Shown: piece after piece, positions 27,697 through 37,212 of the stretch
Position numbering within the stretch: the first letter of the stretch is position 1
Layout: each line of letters begins with the position of its first letter
From: Nitrospirae bacterium GWF2_44_13
GTDB taxonomy: Bacteria; Nitrospirota; Thermodesulfovibrionia; Thermodesulfovibrionales; UBA1546
Length of the DNA stretch: 64,000 bases
Assembly (NCBI GenBank): GCA_001805105.1
Contig: MHEE01000013.1
Location: 23,826-87,825 of the forward strand
Direction: 5' to 3'
The notes under the pieces: model-generated
Database searches by the model: none
Told to the model about the DNA's origin: nothing
Seen by the model: the letters and a program-made list of their open reading frames with translations, nothing else
Program-made: the position numbers and the translations under genes

Positions 27697-30234
27697 TTGT
27701 ACGAAAGATATGACCCCAAAAAAGTTGAGCTGAAATGGCAGAAGTACTGGGCTGAGAAAAATATTTTTAAAACAGAACCCGATGCTTCAAAAAAGAAATT
27801 CTACTGCCTTGAAATGTTCCCCTACCCTTCAGGGAAAATACACATGGGCCATGTCAGAAATTATGCAATCGGCGACGTAATAGCAAGATACAAGAGGATG
27901 AGAGGGTTCAATGTCATCCATCCGATGGGATGGGATGCATTTGGAATGCCTGCTGAGAACGCCGCGATAAAAGAGGGAATCCACCCTGCAAAATGGACCT
28001 ACGAAAATATCACCTACATGAAAAAACAGCTTAATCAGTTGGGGCTCAGCTATGACTGGGACAGAGAGGTTACAACATGCAGCCCTGATTACTACAAGTG
28101 GAATCAGTGGTTCTTCCTGAAGATGTATGAGAAGGGGATTGCATACAGGAAATCATCATTTGTGAACTGGTGCCCTTCATGCATGACTGTTCTTGCAAAT
28201 GAGCAGGTTATTGACAATGGATGCTGGAGATGCGATACAGCGGTAATCAAGAAAGAGTTGGAGCAGTGGTTTTTTCGTATTACGCATTATGCAAAAGACC
28301 TCCTGAAGGCGTGTGATGAGCTTAAGGGCTGGCCTGAAAAAGTTATCTTAATGCAAAAGAACTGGATTGGAAAGAGCGAGGGGCTTGAGGCTGATTTCAA
28401 AGTTGCAGGAAGGGACGAAAGAATCCGTATATTCACTACAAGGGCCGACACTTTATTTGGAGCCACATTTGTATGCCTTGCGCCTACACACCCTTTATCA
28501 GAAAAACTCGTTGTTGATAAAGAAGCTCTTAAGAAGGTCAAGGAACACTACGGCAAAGAAGATGAAAAAATTGGGCTCTTTACAGGACACTACGCAACCA
28601 ATCCCGCGAATGATGAGAAGATTCCAATTTATATAGCAAACTTCGTTCTGATGGAATACGGCACAGGAGCAATAATGTCCGTTCCTGCTCATGACCAACG
28701 GGATTTTGAATTTGCAAAAAAGTACAATCTGCCAATACGGGTGGTAATAGAACCAGAGCAGAAGTCAAAACTTACCGAAGCGTACGAAGATGAAGGCATT
28801 CTTGTTGATTCAAATTCTTTTAGCAAGCTAAGAAGTGATGTTGCAAGAATAGAGATAGCAAAGCACATAGAGAAAAAAGGCTTAGGCAAGAGGGTAATAA
28901 ATTACAAGCTCCGTGACTGGGGAATATCAAGGCAGAGATACTGGGGAACGCCGATACCGATAATTTATTGCGAGAAATGCGGTGTTGTTCCAGTCCCTGA
29001 ACAAGAACTGCCGGTAATCCTTCCAGAGGATGTGAAATTCACAGGCACAGGCGGGTCACCACTTGCAGAGTCAGAAAAATTTGTAAATACAATTTGTCCA
29101 AAATGCAAAGGCAAGGCAAGGCGAGAGACTGATACAATGGACACATTTGTTGATTCATCATGGTATTTCATTGCATATTGCGTTGACAATGGAAAGATTA
29201 ATTTCCAATCCCTAACCCCCAATCCCCAATCCCCAATAAGTTACTGGATGCCTGTTGACCAGTATGTCGGCGGTGTTGAACACGCAGTGCTTCATCTCCT
29301 CTATTCAAGATTTTTTACCCGTGTTATAAAAGACCTTGGAATCATTAACTCTCCGGAGCCTTTCACAAACCTTCTCACGCAGGGAATGGTATGTAAAGAA
29401 ACGTTGAAATGTCCTGAGCATGGCTGGCTCTTACCTGAAGATGTTAAGGATGAGAAGTGCATAAAATGCGGAAAGGCTGTTGACATAGGACGGGTTGAAA
29501 AGATGTCAAAATCAAAAAAGAATGTCATTGACCCTGACCATCTTATAAACAGATACGGGGCAGACACATCAAGGCTCTTTTCGCTCTTTGCTGCGCCGCC
29601 TGAAAGAGACCTTGAATGGTCAGACCAGGGGGTTGAGGGTGCATACAGATTCCTGAATAGGATATGGGGACTCTTATATAAAAATAAATTCAAAATTCAA
29701 AATTCAAAATTCAAAATTGAGGAGCTATCAAGCTATCAGCCATCAGCCGTGCGCCTTCTACGAAAAACACATCAGACCATAAAGCGGGTTACAAACGACA
29801 TGGAGCGCGAATACCACTTCAATACAGCGATTGCAGCGCTCATGGAGCTTGTGAATGATCTATGTTCGTTTGAGCCGAAATCAGACGACGACTGGAAAGT
29901 ATTCAGATTCGGCATTGAAGCGCTTCTGCTTTTGCTTTCTCCATTTTCTCCGCACATATCGGAAGAACTGTGGGAATCTATAGGCAACAAAAAAGGCATA
30001 CTTGAACAGAAATGGCCTTTATGGGATGAGAATATCGCAAAAGAAGAAGAAATAGAACTCGTTATTCAGATTAACGGCAAAGTAAAGGCAAAGATTATGA
30101 TAGCTGCGGGGCAGGCGGACGATGAAGTCAGGGGGAAAGCTCTTGGCGAACCCAGGATACAGGAAATTATAAAGGGGAAAACACTGAAAAAAGTCTTTAT
30201 TGTTAAAGGCAAACTTGTTAACATAGTAATATGA
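27697..30234 (+). CDS. leuS: leucine--tRNA ligase
   Basis: ORF track, 845 aa. HMGH and KMSKS class I motifs and a CP1 editing domain. TTG start according to the ORF track. Confidence 0.97.
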   Translation: MYERYDPKKVELKWQKYWAEKNIFKTEPDASKKKFYCLEMFPYPSGKIHMGHVRNYAIGDVIARYKRMRGFNVIHPMGWDAFGMPAENAAIKEGIHPAKWTYENITYMKKQLNQLGLSYDWDREVTTCSPDYYKWNQWFFLKMYEKGIAYRKSSFVNWCPSCMTVLANEQVIDNGCWRCDTAVIKKELEQWFFRITHYAKDLLKACDELKGWPEKVILMQKNWIGKSEGLEADFKVAGRDERIRIFTTRADTLFGATFVCLAPTHPLSEKLVVDKEALKKVKEHYGKEDEKIGLFTGHYATNPANDEKIPIYIANFVLMEYGTGAIMSVPAHDQRDFEFAKKYNLPIRVVIEPEQKSKLTEAYEDEGILVDSNSFSKLRSDVARIEIAKHIEKKGLGKRVINYKLRDWGISRQRYWGTPIPIIYCEKCGVVPVPEQELPVILPEDVKFTGTGGSPLAESEKFVNTICPKCKGKARRETDTMDTFVDSSWYFIAYCVDNGKINFQSLTPNPQSPISYWMPVDQYVGGVEHAVLHLLYSRFFTRVIKDLGIINSPEPFTNLLTQGMVCKETLKCPEHGWLLPEDVKDEKCIKCGKAVDIGRVEKMSKSKKNVIDPDHLINRYGADTSRLFSLFAAPPERDLEWSDQGVEGAYRFLNRIWGLLYKNKFKIQNSKFKIEELSSYQPSAVRLLRKTHQTIKRVTNDMEREYHFNTAIAALMELVNDLCSFEPKSDDDWKVFRFGIEALLLLLSPFSPHISEELWESIGNKKGILEQKWPLWDENIAKEEEIELVIQINGKVKAKIMIAAGQADDEVRGKALGEPRIQEIIKGKTLKKVFIVKGKLVNIVI
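29203..29237. repeat. in-frame heptanucleotide array inside leuS (TTCCAAT CCCTAAC CCCCAAT CCCCAAT CCCCAAT)
   Basis: Read directly. Encodes [12 protein letters not shown], between [10 protein letters not shown] and YWMPVDQY. Confidence 0.85.
29681..29751. repeat. in-frame heptanucleotide arrays inside leuS (AAAATAA ATTCAAA x4 ATTGAGG, then AGCTATCA AGCTATC AGCCATC AGCCGTG)
   Basis: Read directly. Encodes [24 protein letters not shown]. Confidence 0.85.
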
Positions 30235-30239
30235 CAAGA

Positions 30240-30740
30240 ATGAAAGTTAAAAGTTTTATGTTACTGTCTACTGTCTACTGTCTACTGTTTACTCTCTCCA
30301 GCTGCGGTTATACGCTGCAGGGCAGAGACACGCTGCCCTTTACCTCTGTCAAAATAGGCAGGATTGAAAACAAAACATTTGAACCGAAATTGGAAGATAA
30401 ATTCCAGAAAGCGCTTGCTGATGAACTCATAAGAAACGGAATAATGATTTCAAATAGCGCAAAACATATAATAAACGGCACTATAGATGACCTGAAGCTA
30501 AGCCCCCTCGCAGAAAAAGAAGGCGTAGCATCCGAATATCAGGTAATTATAAAAGCCAAATTTTTTCTTACATCCCCCGACGGGAAGGTCAAAGAGTTAA
30601 GAAACACAGGAGTTTTTATTGTATCTTTTCCAGGTTCGGGCAATATAGAAAGCTTAGTCGCGGCAAAAGAGCAGGCAACAGAAACTGCTATGAGAAATCT
30701 GGCTTCTGAGATACGTGCCGGAATAGTCTATGGCATGTAG
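30240..30740 (+). CDS. lptE: LPS-assembly lipoprotein LptE
   Basis: ORF track. Lipoprotein signal peptide with lipobox LSSC followed by GYTLQGR. Conserved leuS-lptE-holA gene order. Start (30231 or 30240) is uncertain. Confidence 0.7.
   Translation: MKVKSFMLLSTVYCLLFTLSSCGYTLQGRDTLPFTSVKIGRIENKTFEPKLEDKFQKALADELIRNGIMISNSAKHIINGTIDDLKLSPLAEKEGVASEYQVIIKAKFFLTSPDGKVKELRNTGVFIVSFPGSGNIESLVAAKEQATETAMRNLASEIRAGIVYGM
30241..30296. repeat. heptanucleotide array forming the lptE signal-peptide coding region (TGAAAGT TAAAAGT TTTATGT TACTGTC x3 TACTGTT TACTCTC)
   Basis: Read directly. Translates to KVKSFMLLSTVYCLLFTL. Confidence 0.85.
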
Positions 30741-31637
30741 ATGAGCATTAAAACCTTTTTGCAGGAAATAGACAAGGGACTGACCTCGCCTGCCTATCTT
30801 CTATATGCGGATAACGAGTACCCCATAGAAGAAGCTTTGTCTGCAATCAAAAAAACAATCCCTGAGACAGAGATGGATTTTAATTTCAATGTTTTTGACA
30901 TGGACTCTGCCGACAGTATCCCGGCTGTATGGGAAATAATTGACACCTTAAATACAATCTCTTTTTTCGGAAGCCGCAGGTATGTGGTCGTCAGGAATCT
31001 TCAAAAAATTTCTGCAAAGGAATTTAAAAAATTCCAATCCTACACAGCAAATCCGTCACCCAATTCGGCGCTTTTAATGTCCCATACCGGCACATTGAAA
31101 AAAGAAATGAAAGAAAGCACGAAAGGATTAAAGGCCATCTGCCTTGATATACGGGGAAATGACCTGTCTGTATGGATAAAAGAAAAGGCAAGGCAAAAGG
31201 GGATTACGATTAAAGATGACGCTGTGGAATACCTAATCGGAGTTGCCGGAGACGACATAGGGCTTCTGTCTTCGGAAATTGAAAAACTTGCATCATTTGG
31301 GAATGAGGCAATTACAATAAACAGCATAAAAGAAATTGTTGAGGGCAGCAGGGATTACAGCGTATTTGACCTCACAAATGCGCTGAGAGAAAGGAATGCC
31401 GAAAAAGTTCTCAGAATATACAAAAAACTCTCCGAGACAACAGAACCGTATAATCTCTTAGGCGCAATAAACTGGCACTACAGCAAGATGTCCGTGCAGG
31501 CAACCCCGAGCTGCTCGGGGCAACGGAAAGACTTTTCAAGAGCATTTGAAATCCTGAACGATGCCGATATACAGATAAAAACCTCAGGCGGCGCCTATCC
31601 GATGGAACACCTGCTTATCAGGCTGCTGCGTTTTTGA
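30741..31637 (+). CDS. holA: DNA polymerase III subunit delta
   Basis: ORF track, 298 aa. Position after leuS-lptE and typical size/helical pattern. Sequence similarity judged from memory only. Confidence 0.7.
   Translation: MSIKTFLQEIDKGLTSPAYLLYADNEYPIEEALSAIKKTIPETEMDFNFNVFDMDSADSIPAVWEIIDTLNTISFFGSRRYVVVRNLQKISAKEFKKFQSYTANPSPNSALLMSHTGTLKKEMKESTKGLKAICLDIRGNDLSVWIKEKARQKGITIKDDAVEYLIGVAGDDIGLLSSEIEKLASFGNEAITINSIKEIVEGSRDYSVFDLTNALRERNAEKVLRIYKKLSETTEPYNLLGAINWHYSKMSVQATPSCSGQRKDFSRAFEILNDADIQIKTSGGAYPMEHLLIRLLRF
31504..31520. repeat. 17-nt perfect palindrome CCCCGAGCTGCTCGGGG inside holA
   Basis: Read directly. Shares the 13-mer CCGAGCTGCTCGG with the copies at 14261 and 14746. Confidence 0.85.
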
Positions 31638-31914
31638 GAACTGCATTTGCCAGTTTTGAGAGCCTTGATATTTTTCTGGAAGCTGTATTTTTGTGCAATA
31701 CGCCTTTTGAGACAGCTGAATTTACAGCCCTTATTATCTCTCTCAAAAGCTTTTTTACATTTTCCTGATTTTTTTCAGTTATCGCTTCCTCAATCCTTTT
31801 CGAGACAGTTTTTATCTTTGAGCGGATTGAAGCATTGCGCAAATTGCGTTTCTGCGCCTGTCTTATTCTTTTTATTGCTGAAAGATTTTTCTTTTTTGCT
31901 GCTTTAGCCGGCAA
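31618..31914 (-). CDS. rpsT: 30S ribosomal protein S20
   Basis: ORF track, 98 aa. KRIRQAQKRNLRNASIRSKIKT basic helical pattern. Its 3' end overlaps the holA 3' end by 20 nt (convergent). Confidence 0.9.
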   Translation of the reverse strand: MPAKAAKKKNLSAIKRIRQAQKRNLRNASIRSKIKTVSKRIEEAITEKNQENVKKLLREIIRAVNSAVSKGVLHKNTASRKISRLSKLANAVLKNAAA

Positions 31915-32015
31915 TTCCTTCCTCCTTATAGGTCTGAGACCCCGAAAAATTTGGTCGTCTTTTTTAACATAATTTTAGTTATAAAATCAATCTTTTTATG
32001 TTAAAATTTTACACT

Positions 32016-32966
32016 ATGAAAAAATACAAGCCTGTCTCGCTGAAAAAGTTAAAGACATATCCCATCTCAAAAAGGAAGAGCAAGGTGGAGATTGACTTGA
32101 CTGCAGCCCCGCATAAAGCAGGACAGTCATTCAGCGATTTTATCCGTAATCTGCCCGGCATACTCGCGGCAAAGGACTTCAGGGCTGTTGTAATGGCCAT
32201 AGTTAATGCAAGAAAGAGAGAGAGGCCTGTTATTTTAGGCATGGGAGCACATCCAATAAAAGTGGGGTTATCCCCCATTATCATTGACCTTATGAACAGA
32301 GGCATAATAACTGCAATTGCTACAAACGGCGCTTGTATTGTTCATGACTTTGAGCTGTCTTTCATGGGTAAGACATCCGAAGATGTTGCAGCGGAGCTGT
32401 GCAAAGGCACTTTCGGAATGGCAAAGGAGACAGGGGGATACATTAATAAGGCTGTAAATACCGGAGTTAAAAAGGGACACGGCATAGGGGAATCGCTTGG
32501 AGAAATGATTTATAAGAGCAAGTTTAAGTTCAAGAACATGAGCATATTCGGCGCTGCATATAGGCATGGTATTCCTGCAACTGTCCATATCGCCATCGGC
32601 ACAGACATAATTCATATGCACCCCAACGCCGACGGCGCATCAATCGGCGAGGGGAGCCTTAGAGATTTCAAACTTTTCACATCCGTAGTGTCAGACCTTG
32701 AGGGAGGCGTTTATATAAATTTAGGCTCTGCTGTCATTATGCCTGAAGTTTTTTTAAAGGCATTGACGATAGCAAGAAACCTCGGCAGAAAGGTTGAAAA
32801 CATTACCACTGTCAACATGGATTTTATCCAGCACTACAGGCCTCATCAAAATGTCCTTAAAAGGCCTACCATGCAAAAAGGATGCTCGTATGCCCTCACA
32901 GGCCATCACGAGATAATGTTCCCGCTCTTGGCAGCAGCAGTGATTGAGGGGATCCGAATCAGTTAG
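32016..32966 (+). CDS. deoxyhypusine-synthase-like family protein (function unknown)
   Basis: ORF track. The block GAHPIKVGLSPIIIDLMNRGIITAIATNGACIVHDFELSFMGKTSEDV resembles bacterial proteins annotated as deoxyhypusine synthase family. Recognition is from memory, and the start is uncertain. Confidence 0.4.
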   Translation: MKKYKPVSLKKLKTYPISKRKSKVEIDLTAAPHKAGQSFSDFIRNLPGILAAKDFRAVVMAIVNARKRERPVILGMGAHPIKVGLSPIIIDLMNRGIITAIATNGACIVHDFELSFMGKTSEDVAAELCKGTFGMAKETGGYINKAVNTGVKKGHGIGESLGEMIYKSKFKFKNMSIFGAAYRHGIPATVHIAIGTDIIHMHPNADGASIGEGSLRDFKLFTSVVSDLEGGVYINLGSAVIMPEVFLKALTIARNLGRKVENITTVNMDFIQHYRPHQNVLKRPTMQKGCSYALTGHHEIMFPLLAAAVIEGIRIS

Positions 32967-33336
32967 ACAAATTTTTTAAAGCCCTTTTAAAACACCCTCA
33001 TTTTGCTATTTTTTATTCTTTCTCTTTGTTTTTAGGGAGTTATCTATGACGAGATAAAGACAGCATCAAAGCATTTACCAAGCATACATGTTGAAAAATT
33101 GTTAGCAACTTCAATTAAAGATTTTTCTTGCCTCTACAGTCCTCAACCCCAACATTTTGCCTGTTTTTTGTGCAGTTAACTTTTCTTTTAAAAACAATAG
33201 GTTACGTCTTTAGGATTGGCTTTGCAGTAACTTCATTTTAAAACCAATTGCAACGCCTTATTTATCAGGACATTGGCGCTATGTAATTAAAACTTTGTGG
33301 TTATAAACAATGGGAAGGGGCGTCTAACCGTTCTAC

Positions 33337-33900
33337 CTAATCCTGTTTGCCTTTATCCTTCATCGCTGACCGGTATCTGCCTATATAATCGTTAGCAACC
33401 TTTTCAGGATCAAGAGAGAGGTAACGGGCATATTCCATGATATACCCTTTCAGATAAACCTCTGCCGGAAGGGACGAAAATTTCTCGCGCTCTATATCTT
33501 CAAAATATTGTTTGCGGATCTTTGTAAAAACTGCCACATCTTTAAGGTTAACCCCAAGTTTTTCCCTTATCTCTCTTAACAATTCGCCGCTGAATGACGT
33601 CATACCGGACATATACTGCTTTAGTTCTTCACCCACAACAAAAGACGGTTTCTTGCTGCCTGCGGGGTCGCTGCCCTTATTCTCAAAAAAGTCGATAAGT
33701 TTTGTGTATGCCTCTTCTACCTGTTCCACAATGTCATGCCGCTTTTCTTCGGATAATTCATAGGCGATGGCCGAAGTCACAATGGAGTCATTTGAGTACA
33801 ATGATTTCAGATGCAGATACGAATTCCTTACCTCTGACAACTGGGAATCAGGACTAAGCTCAAGCGCCTCAAAGTATTTCTTATAATCTTCTATTGGCAT
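33337..33900 (-). CDS. degenerate J-like domain + RodZ-type helix-turn-helix protein
   Basis: ORF track, 187 aa. N-terminus YFEALELSPDSQLSEVRNSYLHLKSLYSND resembles a J-domain lacking HPD. C-terminus LREIREKLGVNLKDVAVFTKIRKQYFEDIE..YLKGYIMEYARYL is an XRE/RodZ-like HTH. Confidence 0.55.
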   Translation of the reverse strand: MPIEDYKKYFEALELSPDSQLSEVRNSYLHLKSLYSNDSIVTSAIAYELSEEKRHDIVEQVEEAYTKLIDFFENKGSDPAGSKKPSFVVGEELKQYMSGMTSFSGELLREIREKLGVNLKDVAVFTKIRKQYFEDIEREKFSSLPAEVYLKGYIMEYARYLSLDPEKVANDYIGRYRSAMKDKGKQD

Positions 33901-34837
33901 ATTTATCGGCCGTTACTGTTATCTGCCTGCCGTCTCTCAGATTTTCCGTAAGCTTGCTTATCTCTTTTGCCACATGTGAAAACGGGTGCGTAAGCATAAA
34001 AGGCAGCCTCTTGTTTATGCACCTCAACACAGTCTCATCGTATTCTATGTGCCCCGCATACTGCGCATCAAAACCCAGAAATTTCAGGCATACGCTTTTA
34101 ACAGACGCTCCAACCATAATCTCCCTGCCGCTTCTCACTTGATTCAGGACTATATGGATCCTGAAGGTTGCCAGTTCATTCTCAATAATATCCCTGATGT
34201 GAACCGAAGTGCCCATTAGATGCTCAACTACATCCTTAAGGTGTTTTATGCCGTGCGCATCCCTGTTCTTCCAGACATCCTGAATCACATCCTTCAGCCC
34301 GTGTGCGCTGAGTATAATCTTAAGTTTTCTGAAAAAAACATTTTTAATGAAATGATACATATTCTCAAGTGCGGTGATTTCGGGCAGTGTTACAACTATC
34401 ATCTTATCGGCCAACAAAAAAGTGTCGATGGTATTATTATGCGAGCCTGCTCCGAGGTCAATGAGAATATAATCCGTATCTATTGCCTTTATCTGCCTGA
34501 ACAGCTTGAGTTTCTGAGCATATTTTATATTCTCGGAGTCAAGCGAACTGAGAGTCCCTGACACCAATCCAATGTCGGGGATACCGCAATTTACTATAAT
34601 GTCCTTCAGTGATGCTTTTTTTTCAAAAAAATCAGTAAGAGAATTTCTTGGCTTGCTTACTCCAAGCAGAGTATGAAGGTTCGCTCCTCCGAGGTCTGCG
34701 TCAATCAGCACAACCTTGTTGCCCTTTGAAGCCAGATGCGTGCCTATGCTGCTTGTGACGAAACTCTTACCGGTCCCGCCCTTGCCTCCGCCAATAGCCC
34801 ATATTTCGCATCTTTTATCCTGCGCGCCGTTATTCAT
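33881..34837 (-). CDS. MinD/ParA/FlhG-family P-loop ATPase
   Basis: ORF track, 318 aa. Deviant Walker A GGGKGGTGKS, then VLIDADLGGANL and ILIDLGAG. Overlaps the downstream HTH gene by 20 nt. Confidence 0.8.
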   Translation of the reverse strand: MNNGAQDKRCEIWAIGGGKGGTGKSFVTSSIGTHLASKGNKVVLIDADLGGANLHTLLGVSKPRNSLTDFFEKKASLKDIIVNCGIPDIGLVSGTLSSLDSENIKYAQKLKLFRQIKAIDTDYILIDLGAGSHNNTIDTFLLADKMIVVTLPEITALENMYHFIKNVFFRKLKIILSAHGLKDVIQDVWKNRDAHGIKHLKDVVEHLMGTSVHIRDIIENELATFRIHIVLNQVRSGREIMVGASVKSVCLKFLGFDAQYAGHIEYDETVLRCINKRLPFMLTHPFSHVAKEISKLTENLRDGRQITVTADKYANRRL

Positions 34838-34924
34838 AAATTATATAGACAGCTTTTTATACGATAAAACCAGTCATATAGTCAAGCCCTGCACAAAATT
34901 AGCTGATAAAACCTTACAAACTAA

Positions 34925-34963
34925 AAAGGGGATGTTTCCAGATTTTATGGAAACATCCCCTTT
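34925..34963 (-). terminator. rho-independent terminator of hppA
   Basis: Stem AAAGGGGATGTTTCCA/TGGAAACATCCCCTTT with a 7-nt loop. On the minus strand it is followed by TTTTT. Lies 22 nt after the hppA stop. Confidence 0.8.
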
Positions 34964-34984
34964 AATTTCAGTCTTAATTCTCTT

Positions 34985-37057
34985 TTACAGCAGTGGAACA
35001 ATCAGAAGCGCAACAATATTAATAACCTTTATCATAGGGTTGATTGCCGGTCCTGCTGTATCCTTGTAAGGATCGCCGACTGTGTCGCCTGTTACAGAGG
35101 CTTTATGTCCATCGCTCCCCTTCTTGTGTACGACACCTTTGTCATCGGTAACGCCCTCTTCAAAGGATTTCTTGGCGTTGTCCCATGCGCCGCCGCCGCT
35201 TGTCATGGCGATAGCCTGGAAAAGTCCGGTAAGGATACTTCCGATAAGTACGCCTCCGAGGGCCTCTCTGCCGAGAGTAAGACCTACAACAACAGGAATA
35301 ACAACTGGGATAAGCGCAGGAACCATCATCTGCTTGATAGCGCCTTTTGTGACAATATCAACGCACTTGCCATATTCCGGCTTTGCCTTATATTCCATAA
35401 TGCCGGGGATCTCCCTGAACTGTCTTCTGACTTCATCAACAATGCTGCCTGCTGCCTTTCCAACAGCCTCCATAAGGAGTGAGCCGTAATAATAAGGGAG
35501 CAGACCGCCGATAAAGAGACCTGCCAGAACCATTGGATTTGAAAGGTCAAAATAAAGGATCTCGCTGAACGATCTTGAATACTCTGCAAAAAGAACCAGA
35601 GCTGCAAGACCTGCTGAACCGATTGCATAACCCTTTGTAACAGCCTTTGTTGTGTTTCCGACTGCATCCAAGGGGTCTGTGATGTTACGGATCTCTGCAG
35701 GAAGTCCTGACATTTCTGCGATACCGCCTGCGTTGTCAGTGATCGGTCCATACGAGTCGATAGCAACAACGATACCTGTCATCGAAAGCATTGAAACCGC
35801 TGACAATGCAATAGCAAAAAGACCGCCAGCTGCATCACCGGCAAATCCACCGCCTAAATGATAAGCTCCGAGAATTGAGGCAACGATAACTATAACAGGC
35901 GCAGCGGTTGATTTCATGCTGACAGCAAGACCTGCTATAACGTTTGTGCCGTGACCGGTCAGACTGGCCTTTGCAATGTGTTTCACCGGGGGATACTGCG
36001 AAGCAGTGAAGTACTCAGTTATAACCACGATCAGTCCGGTCAATGCAAGGCCGATAACCGCCATAAGGAAAACGTTCATCTGTGTAAATGAAGGGTGAGA
36101 GGCCATTGAAGTCGCATCTACGCCTTTCAGAAATTCACCTGTCACAAAATAAAATACTATTGCCGCGAGAACTCCGGCAACGGCAAGCCCCTTATAGAGG
36201 GCCCCCATGATGTACTGGCTTTTGCCAAGCTTTACGGCAAATGTTCCGATAATGGAAGCTATGATTGATATTCCGCCGAGGAGCATCGGGAATTCCACCC
36301 ATGGGCTCTCAGCGCCAAAAACAGTCTTTGCAAGAAGCATTGCCGCAACAAGCGTAACAGTGTATGTCTCATAAAGGTCTGCTGCCATGCCTGCGCAGTC
36401 GCCTACGTTATCACCAACGTTGTCCGCAATAACCGCAGGGTTTCTTGGATCATCCTCGGGGATACCTGCTTCAACTTTTCCAACAAGGTCAGCGCCTACG
36501 TCAGCAGCCTTTGTATAAATACCGCCTGCAATACGCGCAAACACGCTCATGAGTGAGCATCCGAAGCCAAGCCCTACCAGTGCATGGAATGCCATCTCAG
36601 GGGCTGCCTGCTTTGCTATAAAATAAAATCCCGCAAGGCCTATAATTCCGAGACCAACGACCATAACTCCTGTCACTGAGCCGCCCTTGAACGCAAGGCT
36701 GAGCGCAGACTGGAGGCCCTTGTACGCAGCCTGCGTGGTGCGTACGTTTGCGCGGACAGTAACCCACATGCCTACAAAACCGGCAAGCGCTGAACCGACT
36801 GTGCCGACGATAAAGCCGATAGCAGTCCAAATGCCGAGATTCATCGCCGCGATAAGGACAACGAGAATCACTGCAACCATCGCTACAGTTTTATATTCGC
36901 GTGCCAGGAAGGCATAAGCTCCCTCTTTAACAGCATTTGATATCTCCTGCATCTTCGCACTTCCTGCGTCCTGTTTTGATACCCACATTGCGGTCATCAC
37001 AGCGTATATCACGCCTAATAATCCGCAACCTAAGGCAAAAAGAATTGTTGAACTCAT
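34985..37057 (-). CDS. hppA: membrane-bound proton-translocating pyrophosphatase (K+-independent type)
   Basis: ORF track, 690 aa, polytopic. [26 protein letters not shown] and GNTTKA motifs. The Lys in GNTTKA marks the K+-independent subclass. Confidence 0.95.
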   Translation of the reverse strand: MSSTILFALGCGLLGVIYAVMTAMWVSKQDAGSAKMQEISNAVKEGAYAFLAREYKTVAMVAVILVVLIAAMNLGIWTAIGFIVGTVGSALAGFVGMWVTVRANVRTTQAAYKGLQSALSLAFKGGSVTGVMVVGLGIIGLAGFYFIAKQAAPEMAFHALVGLGFGCSLMSVFARIAGGIYTKAADVGADLVGKVEAGIPEDDPRNPAVIADNVGDNVGDCAGMAADLYETYTVTLVAAMLLAKTVFGAESPWVEFPMLLGGISIIASIIGTFAVKLGKSQYIMGALYKGLAVAGVLAAIVFYFVTGEFLKGVDATSMASHPSFTQMNVFLMAVIGLALTGLIVVITEYFTASQYPPVKHIAKASLTGHGTNVIAGLAVSMKSTAAPVIVIVASILGAYHLGGGFAGDAAGGLFAIALSAVSMLSMTGIVVAIDSYGPITDNAGGIAEMSGLPAEIRNITDPLDAVGNTTKAVTKGYAIGSAGLAALVLFAEYSRSFSEILYFDLSNPMVLAGLFIGGLLPYYYGSLLMEAVGKAAGSIVDEVRRQFREIPGIMEYKAKPEYGKCVDIVTKGAIKQMMVPALIPVVIPVVVGLTLGREALGGVLIGSILTGLFQAIAMTSGGGAWDNAKKSFEEGVTDDKGVVHKKGSDGHKASVTGDTVGDPYKDTAGPAINPMIKVINIVALLIVPLL

Positions 37058-37172
37058 CTCTCCTCCTTCTAATTTTAATTATAAATCCTCTAATCTTGCG
37101 AAAACTTTAAATACACCAAAAAGATGATTTCGCCGTCACCTCCTTCGATTCTTTTTTCAAAAAACAGCTATT

Positions 37173-37199
37173 ATTATAGAAAAAAATTTTCCTAATCAA
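37173..37199 (-). promoter_or_regulatory. candidate sigma70 promoter for hppA (TTGATT-N15-TATAAT on the minus strand)
   Basis: Read directly from the reverse complement of 37173-37199. The spacing is short, so this is weak. Confidence 0.25.
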
Positions 37200-37212
37200 T
37201 CCGGGTCCGGAA

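Noticed and set aside
27696-27726. An apparent extra A in the A-run near the leuS 5' end. My hand count gave 7 A, which would break the frame between TTG-YERYD and PKKVELKW.
   Set aside because: The ORF track translates this region without interruption from 27697, and the downstream frame checks out at the HMGH motif. I treat the discrepancy as my own counting error. It is a reminder that single-nucleotide claims made by eye here are fragile.
32967-33336. A 370-bp gap between convergent genes as a candidate ncRNA locus (6S, SRP, tmRNA, riboswitch) or a sigma-54 promoter (TGGC motifs at ~33218 and ~33275).
   Set aside because: The gap is AT-rich. It has no convincing extended helices, no motif of any RNA family I recognise, no plausible small ORF, and the TGGC...TGC spacing does not fit -24/-12. 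It remains unexplained, but I have no positive evidence.
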